A DNA stretch of 64,000 nt from a virus (taxonomy: Duplodnaviria; Caudoviricetes). Shown here in pieces: positions 57,228 to 64,000 of the stretch. Numbering within the stretch: the stretch's first letter is position 1; each line of letters starts with the position of its first letter. The stretch covers positions 142,670 to 206,669 of the IMG/VR virus record IMGVR_UViG_3300010352_000625. The stretch is one strand, 5' to 3'. Under the pieces are notes generated by a model. That model saw only the letters and a list, made by a program, of their open reading frames with translations, searched no databases and was not told the DNA's origin. The position numbers and the translations under genes are program-made.

Positions 57228-58259
57228 TTATTTATTTAATCTATTCATCAAAGAAGATAATTTATCTGGTGATTTTTTACTTTCAAGTTTAATTATATCA
57301 GAACATATATTATCAATATCTTCCTTAGTTAAATTATAACTTTGAGGAAGTTCTATATATCTTTCATATATATAATTTGAATTAGGCATATTATTCTGAG
57401 AAGGATAAAATTTATATCTAGTTTCTATTTTTTTAAGCTTTAAATTATTATATATAAGTTCGGCTTTATCAGAAATATATGCAACAGCATGAATACTATC
57501 ATTACTATTCTCATGATATATAATATTTAAATTATTTTTATATAATTGTTGTATCCTATTTCTATTTTCAAGTATAATATTAATATCCATTAATTGTAAA
57601 GATAATAAAGTAGCAGATAATGGTGATAATATATAATTACCAATACCCATATTAATATAGTTTTTTATTTTATCATAATATTCTTTAACATTAGTGATTA
57701 AACAACCACCTTCACCACTTCTTAACAATTTAGCACCACTGAATGAATATATACCAATATCACCAATAGTTCCAGACATACAATTATTATATATTTGACT
57801 TAAACCTTGTGCCGAATCTTCTAATAATAAAAGTCCATATCTATTACATATTTCTTTAACTTTAAATAAATCATCACCTATATAACCTAAATGGTCTATA
57901 AATGCTACAGCTTTAGTGTTATTAGTTATTAATTCCTCTAGTTTATATGAATCCATACATAAAGTATTAATATTAATATCACAATATTTAATATTTAGTT
58001 TTAATTGTTGGCAACATATTTTAACAGAAGGATAACTATAACTTGGTATTATTATTTCATCACCTTCAGATAATCCCATAGCAATTAAAGACATTAAAAT
58101 AGCTGTAGTACCATTACAAGTAGCTACACAATATCTCATTCCAGTATAATTAGCTAACATTTCTTCAAATTTATATATATTATTTTCATCTACAATATTA
58201 GTATTTTTAATTTCATCTAGCCATTCTGGAATTAATAATAAACCATTATCTCTTAACAT
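57228..58259 (-). CDS. DegT/DnrJ/EryC1/StrS sugar aminotransferase
   Basis: NGTTA; EDSAQ; YSFSGAKLLRSGEGG. Confidence 0.92.
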   Translation of the reverse strand: MLRDNGLLLIPEWLDEIKNTNIVDENNIYKFEEMLANYTGMRYCVATCNGTTAILMSLIAMGLSEGDEIIIPSYSYPSVKICCQQLKLNIKYCDININTLCMDSYKLEELITNNTKAVAFIDHLGYIGDDLFKVKEICNRYGLLLLEDSAQGLSQIYNNCMSGTIGDIGIYSFSGAKLLRSGEGGCLITNVKEYYDKIKNYINMGIGNYILSPLSATLLSLQLMDINIILENRNRIQQLYKNNLNIIYHENSNDSIHAVAYISDKAELIYNNLKLKKIETRYKFYPSQNNMPNSNYIYERYIELPQSYNLTKEDIDNICSDIIKLESKKSPDKLSSLMNRLNK

Positions 58260-58274
58260 TATAATAAACCTTCT

Positions 58275-59225
58275 TTAATCATCTTCAATAATATTATAAA
58301 ATTCTGGAGTATATTTATATCTATCTAATAATATATTAATAGAATCTGTGTTAAATTTGATACAGTTATTGCAACAATTAGTTGAATCATTTAAATTAAA
58401 TAATAAACCTTTAATAGTTTTAATAATATTATTACTATTAATATCTAAAAATTCGCTTTTATCAATATCCATACTGCATTGACCTATTTTTTTATTATCT
58501 AAATCTATAAATTGCATAGAACTAATCTTACTACATACATTTTTAATATTAATATTTTGTTTTTTATTTATAAAAAAGTAATCATTAAATATATTATTAG
58601 TTCTATCTTTATATATATCTTTTAATTTATCGTAAAATATAGTGTATTTATTAATCAATTCATCATTTATAATAATAGTTTTGGGTGTTATGATTTTAAA
58701 ATATATGTTATTAGTATTAAATAAACCAAGTTCTTCATAATAATCAAAATAATTAATTAAACTATTAATAGTAATTTCATCTAATACTAATACCTGCGTA
58801 ACATTATCATATTTATTATTAAAAAAAGTAATATCATTATAAAAATAATTAATAGTTTTATTATTAATATTTAAACAAGAATGTTCGATACAAGTCAATA
58901 ATTTATATTCATTTAATAATAAACTATGATTCTTTCTAATTAATCCGTTGCTTAATATGTCAACCTTCTTGATATACTTTAAACTATAAAGCATTTCTAT
59001 TAATTCATGAATATTACTAATTAAACCAGGTTCTCCACCAGAAATTTCGATATATAAATTATTAATTCCATTTTTATTGAATAAATCTAAAGAATATTTT
59101 AAATAATCTAAGTCAATATTAATAATATCATTACTGTTATAATTAATATCGTAGTTATTACAGTAATAACATTGTTGATTGCATTTATGTGTTGATATTA
59201 TTCCTAATTTATAATATTTAGTCAT
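58275..59225 (-). CDS. Radical SAM protein
   Basis: CNQQCYYC; SGGEPG; SNG. Confidence 0.88.
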   Translation of the reverse strand: MTKYYKLGIISTHKCNQQCYYCNNYDINYNSNDIINIDLDYLKYSLDLFNKNGINNLYIEISGGEPGLISNIHELIEMLYSLKYIKKVDILSNGLIRKNHSLLLNEYKLLTCIEHSCLNINNKTINYFYNDITFFNNKYDNVTQVLVLDEITINSLINYFDYYEELGLFNTNNIYFKIITPKTIIINDELINKYTIFYDKLKDIYKDRTNNIFNDYFFINKKQNINIKNVCSKISSMQFIDLDNKKIGQCSMDIDKSEFLDINSNNIIKTIKGLLFNLNDSTNCCNNCIKFNTDSINILLDRYKYTPEFYNIIEDD

Positions 59226-59227
59226 GA

Positions 59228-60205
59228 TTAATTTTTATGTTTATAAACATCAATTAAACAATCCACAATACAAGAATCTAAATTACACACAATGCCATTT
59301 TTATAATTATTATAATCATTAATAAATGATTTAATACCATTAGGTAATAGATTACAATATTTTTTTGTATTACATAATGATGAAATATAATTATTAGATA
59401 TAATCCATTGATTATCATATATATGACATTTCATATTTTTAAATATATTAATATTATTTGAATTATAATATGCAATATCTTCATATGGAATTATTAATTC
59501 TTTAGTTTCAAATACTAATTTATAATTTAAGCTTTCATTTTCATTTTTAACATTATGAATTATATCTTTAAATATATTATATTTAGTATTAACATAATCA
59601 ACACCAAATAATAATATAAAATATATATTTCCATTAATATTATTAGCTCTGCTAATAAATTCAACTATTTTATCATAATATTCATATACTAATAATATAT
59701 TAATAATATAATATATATTATTAGGATTATTGTTTTTAAACATGTATATCATATCAATATATTTATCTATATTCGAATATTTAGGATGAAATGACATATC
59801 TATTTTTATATTTTTATATTTATTAATTAGTGATTCATAATAATTAATAGATTGAGAGCCATTTGTAAATATTTTTATCATATTATTAGGATAACTATTA
59901 CTAATACATTCAATAATATAATTTAAATCTTTATGCAATGTTGGTTCTCCACCTAAAATATTAACTCTAAAATTTCTATTAAAATTTATTTTATGCAAAT
60001 AACTGAATAAAAATTTTATATATTCTTTTTCAATAAAATATTTATGTTTAATATTTGGAACATTAGCTACACAATATTCACAGTTCTGATTGCAATTATT
60101 AGTTATAGCTATATTTATTTTTAATAAATTATCATCATTAATTCTTTTACATGATAATAAATTTCCATATATTTTATTTATAAATAAATCTTCGTAGCTA
60201 TACAT
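59228..60205 (-). CDS. Radical SAM protein
   Basis: CNQNCEYC; LGGEPTLH; TNG; SFH. Confidence 0.9.
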   Translation of the reverse strand: MYSYEDLFINKIYGNLLSCKRINDDNLLKINIAITNNCNQNCEYCVANVPNIKHKYFIEKEYIKFLFSYLHKINFNRNFRVNILGGEPTLHKDLNYIIECISNSYPNNMIKIFTNGSQSINYYESLINKYKNIKIDMSFHPKYSNIDKYIDMIYMFKNNNPNNIYYIINILLVYEYYDKIVEFISRANNINGNIYFILLFGVDYVNTKYNIFKDIIHNVKNENESLNYKLVFETKELIIPYEDIAYYNSNNINIFKNMKCHIYDNQWIISNNYISSLCNTKKYCNLLPNGIKSFINDYNNYKNGIVCNLDSCIVDCLIDVYKHKN

Positions 60206-61154
60206 TAGGTATAATATCCTCCATCAATCTTAATAATAAATCATTGTCATTAAACAATAACTTTTCTTTTATTATTTCAGTATATCCAATTAAACCTATA
60301 TTATTAACTTTATCATCCAATCCTATTAATTTCATATAATAATGAATACCATCATCACCAACACGATTATAATTATAGTAATCAAGATTTCTATTTAGAT
60401 ATAAGTATTCAAATATAAGCTTACCTATATTTTCCATGTACAATTGAGTACCATTAAAATATGTACCAATTCTGCAAAAAGCATGTCTTTTGAATTTTAA
60501 GGTATTAATATATTCTAATCTACTATTATATAAATAATGTTCTTTATATTTATCGATTAACATCTCATGTCTGATTAATGTTCTATTATCTATATCATCT
60601 TTATTACTCATTTTATCTAATCTTTCTTTAGATAATTTTATATAGTATTCAATATAGTCTATATTTTTATAATTATATTTATTAAGTACCTTTATATTCA
60701 TAGGGTTAGCCATTATATATACATGTTTAAAATTTTTAGACAATGCAGATAATACATCATTTAATTTATTATCTAATTCTAATAAATATATATCTAAACT
60801 TTCCAGAATTATTAAGTTATCACCTTTAAATGATTCTAAATTTAGATTTTTTAATACCCAACTGACAGTTACTGTTGTGCCATTTAAATAAGCATTTTCT
60901 ATAAATTTATCGGCTTTGCTTGTTATCATATATTCTTTCATGTTTTCATATTGTTTGATTAAATATCTAGTATCATCGGTTGTCGTTTGATTATAATATT
61001 TAAAATATAATTTAGTATCATAATATCTACTTACATCAATATAGCAGTCATTTAATGTTACTAATGAACCGTGCATAAAATTAGGTATGTAATTTATAAA
61101 ATTAATATTTGTTATGTTCATTTTAATCAATCTCTGACCAGTTAGCAAACTCAT
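60198..61154 (-). CDS. Hypothetical protein, possibly glycosyltransferase-like
   Basis: ENIGKLIFEY resembles a degenerate GT-B motif; cluster context. Confidence 0.4.
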   Translation of the reverse strand: MSLLTGQRLIKMNITNINFINYIPNFMHGSLVTLNDCYIDVSRYYDTKLYFKYYNQTTTDDTRYLIKQYENMKEYMITSKADKFIENAYLNGTTVTVSWVLKNLNLESFKGDNLIILESLDIYLLELDNKLNDVLSALSKNFKHVYIMANPMNIKVLNKYNYKNIDYIEYYIKLSKERLDKMSNKDDIDNRTLIRHEMLIDKYKEHYLYNSRLEYINTLKFKRHAFCRIGTYFNGTQLYMENIGKLIFEYLYLNRNLDYYNYNRVGDDGIHYYMKLIGLDDKVNNIGLIGYTEIIKEKLLFNDNDLLLRLMEDIIPNV

Positions 61155-61965
61155 AGCAGATCTTAATATAACATTTAAATTTTAATTTACATATATTTTT
61201 ATATTTATTGATAATATTTTCTCTTTCATTTAAATTTAATCTGAAACTAGATTTATATTGAAAACATCTATTTAAAATACCATCAGAAGATATAAAAGCA
61301 TTTGTTATATAGCTATCACAATAACTATTATATCTAGTATTAATTGTATTTTTATCTATATGTAATTGTACTTCTTTATTTTTATTTTCTATAATATTAT
61401 CATAGCTAGGTTCTACATTATCATATACATTAGATTGTAATATAGGAAATAAAGATATTTTAAAATTTTTATTATTAATAAATTGTGAAAATATATTAAT
61501 ATAATCATCTTCTGTATATCTGTTATTAGCTAACATACAATTAGCCTTAACTATAACATTATAATTATTTAACAGATAATCTATTTTATTTATAAATTCT
61601 TTGGTGCTACAATGATTATAATGATATGAAACAGATATATTATGAATTTTATTATTTGCTATTTCACAAAATTGTTTATAAATATTCAAATCAGATGATA
61701 AATTAGTAAACAATATAAATTTAATCTTATTAAGTTTAGATAGTTCTTCAATTATATAAATAAAATTAGGATGTAATGTACATTCTCCACCAAATAATTG
61801 TATCTCTATATAATCAGTAGTACCTAAATCATTAAGTTGTTTAAAAAAATATATAATATTGTTTATAGTATTTAAATCAGAATATTGTTCATCTTTATAT
61901 GCACAACAATAATCACATTTATAATTACAATTACTTGTTATTTCATATGTAAATCTATATTTCAA
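61123..61965 (-). CDS. Radical SAM protein
   Basis: CNYKCDYC; FGGECTLHP; TNL; SYH. Confidence 0.9.
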   Translation of the reverse strand: MKYRFTYEITSNCNYKCDYCCAYKDEQYSDLNTINNIIYFFKQLNDLGTTDYIEIQLFGGECTLHPNFIYIIEELSKLNKIKFILFTNLSSDLNIYKQFCEIANNKIHNISVSYHYNHCSTKEFINKIDYLLNNYNVIVKANCMLANNRYTEDDYINIFSQFINNKNFKISLFPILQSNVYDNVEPSYDNIIENKNKEVQLHIDKNTINTRYNSYCDSYITNAFISSDGILNRCFQYKSSFRLNLNERENIINKYKNICKLKFKCYIKICYEFANWSEID

Positions 61966-62804
61966 TTAATCATCACCTGAATTACTTCATCATTTATATC
62001 CAAATATCTATCATTTAAACCATTATTTTTTAAATCTAATATTCTGTAATAAGCCCCGTCATAATTTTCAACTTTTATATTTCTAGTAATATCATTAATG
62101 TTAATTCCATGAAAAACACATTCGTGAAACATTCTAGGTCTTGGGTCAAAATAATTAATATTATTATATATATATTTATTAAACTTAGAATGAAAATCTT
62201 CTACTGGCCATATTAATTCTTTATGTTCATTAGTTTTATTATTAATTAATATCATTTGATGTTTAAATTCAAAAGGTAATAATTCTTTATATGATATTAA
62301 TGTATTATCTTCAAGTTCATTATATTTCTTATATATATTAAAAGCAAATTTGAATTTATAATTAATAGGTGCAGGAAAAAAAGGCATTTCATTAAAAGTA
62401 TATACATTAGGTAAAGTATTATATTTAAAATAATTTTTTATTATTGGCATATAAGGGTCAGCCAATATTATATACTTATTAGCACTATAAATAGGAATTT
62501 TACTTATACTATCAGCATCAATAAACAATAAAGATTTATATTTATTTCTATCTATTTTAATATTATCAATAATTTCAATATCAAAATTCATACTCGCAGT
62601 ATATTTTTTATGTATAATATCTAATATAATAAGTTTTATTTGATTAATACTATATTTTTTATTGTTGCGATATAGTATTAGTTTAGTTTTATCTATTAAA
62701 TTTAAAGTATATGCGAATTCTATAGCATCGTATGTTCCACCATTGATGCCATTAAATGCATGTAATACCCCAAATTTATAATCTTCTACCATAATTCTAA
62801 CCAA
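61962..62804 (-). CDS. Hypothetical protein, possibly glycosyltransferase-like
   Basis: GINGG; FDPRPRMFHEC. Confidence 0.45.
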   Translation of the reverse strand: MVRIMVEDYKFGVLHAFNGINGGTYDAIEFAYTLNLIDKTKLILYRNNKKYSINQIKLIILDIIHKKYTASMNFDIEIIDNIKIDRNKYKSLLFIDADSISKIPIYSANKYIILADPYMPIIKNYFKYNTLPNVYTFNEMPFFPAPINYKFKFAFNIYKKYNELEDNTLISYKELLPFEFKHQMILINNKTNEHKELIWPVEDFHSKFNKYIYNNINYFDPRPRMFHECVFHGININDITRNIKVENYDGAYYRILDLKNNGLNDRYLDINDEVIQVMIN

Positions 62805-63664
62805 TCTGACATGTTATTATATTTAATTCTATCAAAATTATATTCAAAATTGTTATTAATAACATATCTATAAAATTTATCATAGTTCCATTTATTTAAT
62901 ATACTATTGCTGTTATCGTATATATCAGTATTTAGTTCAGTATGATACTGTATACATGATTCAATATCTGTTATGCCATCTTTAAAATTTCTATTCTGTT
63001 TAAGTATAATTATTTGCTTGTTGCAATTAACTGCTTCATGCAATGTAGTAGGATAAGGATCAAATATATTAGATTCAGAATAAACATAGTGAGTTATATT
63101 ATCAAAAAATATATTATTATCTTTTGTATATACCACTTTCTTAACTTTATCATATTTAGTAAAAGGATAAATAAATGACCCCATAACATATAAAGTAATA
63201 TCATATTTAATATTACTTAAAAAACCACAGAACATTTTAAAATCATCAGGTCTGTATTGTGGTCTAATATAATAACCTAATATTATTTCGTCATTGATAT
63301 TTTCTTTAATATTAAATGTTGGCATCATCATAGGAGCATAATTTACGAATAATGGGTAATCCAAATACATGGAAAACCCATTAGTAGTCTTATATTTATA
63401 AATAGTATCAATATTATATCGAATATATTGAATATCTTTATTATAATATTTGATATTCATTACTTTTTTATTCCTTAAATTATTAGGATTCTGATAAGTA
63501 AATATAATTCTGTCATAATTATTCCTAATATTATTTATATTAATATTAGTATTAGCGTCAAAAGCAGTAATATTATTCGGGTATAAATTTTCTAAATATT
63601 TAGATTCTGTATATGCACCTCTTTTATTAGTTGAATCATTCCAACCTATAAGAGCATATTTCAT
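62786..63664 (-). CDS. Putative GT-B glycosyltransferase
   Basis: YVY.ES..DPYPTTLHEAVNCNKQII resembles the GT4 E-x7-E motif. Confidence 0.55.
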   Translation of the reverse strand: MKYALIGWNDSTNKRGAYTESKYLENLYPNNITAFDANTNININNIRNNYDRIIFTYQNPNNLRNKKVMNIKYYNKDIQYIRYNIDTIYKYKTTNGFSMYLDYPLFVNYAPMMMPTFNIKENINDEIILGYYIRPQYRPDDFKMFCGFLSNIKYDITLYVMGSFIYPFTKYDKVKKVVYTKDNNIFFDNITHYVYSESNIFDPYPTTLHEAVNCNKQIIILKQNRNFKDGITDIESCIQYHTELNTDIYDNSNSILNKWNYDKFYRYVINNNFEYNFDRIKYNNMSDWLELW

Positions 63665-63672
63665 AATATTAT

Positions 63673-63939
63673 TTAAACAAACTGAGCCATATAGGTATCA
63701 TATAACACAGTAACTTCTTCTGTTGTACTAGCATTTAAAATATCATTAACAACATTATCCATTGATGTAACTAATGATTCACTGGTTGCTAATTTATCTT
63801 TTAGATTTAAATACTGTTCTAATTTAGATATTATAATTTCAGCTTCAGTTTCATCTTCCAATTCACTAGCATTAGTAATAATCTCTAAATATTTTTCTTC
63901 TCTGTTTTCATCAGTTATAGTAAATCCTCTAGATATCAT
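63673..63939 (-). CDS. Small acidic helical protein (possible tail-fibre chaperone-like)
   Basis: I.NA.T.EEV C-terminal pattern; weak support. Confidence 0.4.
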   Translation of the reverse strand: MISRGFTITDENREEKYLEIITNASELEDETEAEIIISKLEQYLNLKDKLATSESLVTSMDNVVNDILNASTTEEVTVLYDTYMAQFV

Positions 63940-64000
63940 CCAATCATTTAATAATATAAATCTATAAATATCAAATATAGAATCTTTAGATAATCTTGAA

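Overview
A very AT-rich segment of a large (jumbo-type) tailed phage genome, transcribed almost entirely on the minus strand. The host looks Bacillota-like (AGGAG RBS, TG-extended sigma-A promoters, tmRNA tag ending FALAA), but this is not certain. The left half (1-24.5 kb) is a dispersed RNA region: about 25 tRNAs (several non-canonical), tRNA fragments, a tmRNA and two unexplained structured RNAs. These are interleaved with DNA methyltransferase genes, a Doc/Fic toxin, a DUF559-type homing endonuclease and many small ORFs. The middle (24.5-46 kb) holds early/accessory genes (ArdA-like, DUF932, SprT-like, KTSC, nucleotidyltransferases, Rnl2-type ligase, RtcB, dUTPase-like, RecA/UvsX) and a tnpB-only IS200/IS605 element. 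The right part (46-64 kb) has a plus-strand membrane + PAS/GAF pair, a lysis cassette (GH108) and a 12-kb cluster of five radical SAM enzymes with sugar-modification genes. Main observations: (1) four miniature derivatives of the TnpB element, inside tRNA-His, inside tmRNA, inside a small ORF, and bordering a captured methyltransferase cargo; (2) a KPxDxDxxL peptide tag shared by about ten otherwise unrelated proteins, plus a polyprotein built from modules joined by an exact 27-bp repeat; (3) repeated compensatory changes at the tRNA 19-56 elbow pair; (4) a raiA-motif-like ncRNA; (5) the radical SAM/sugar cluster. All family assignments come from motif recognition by eye; no searches were run.
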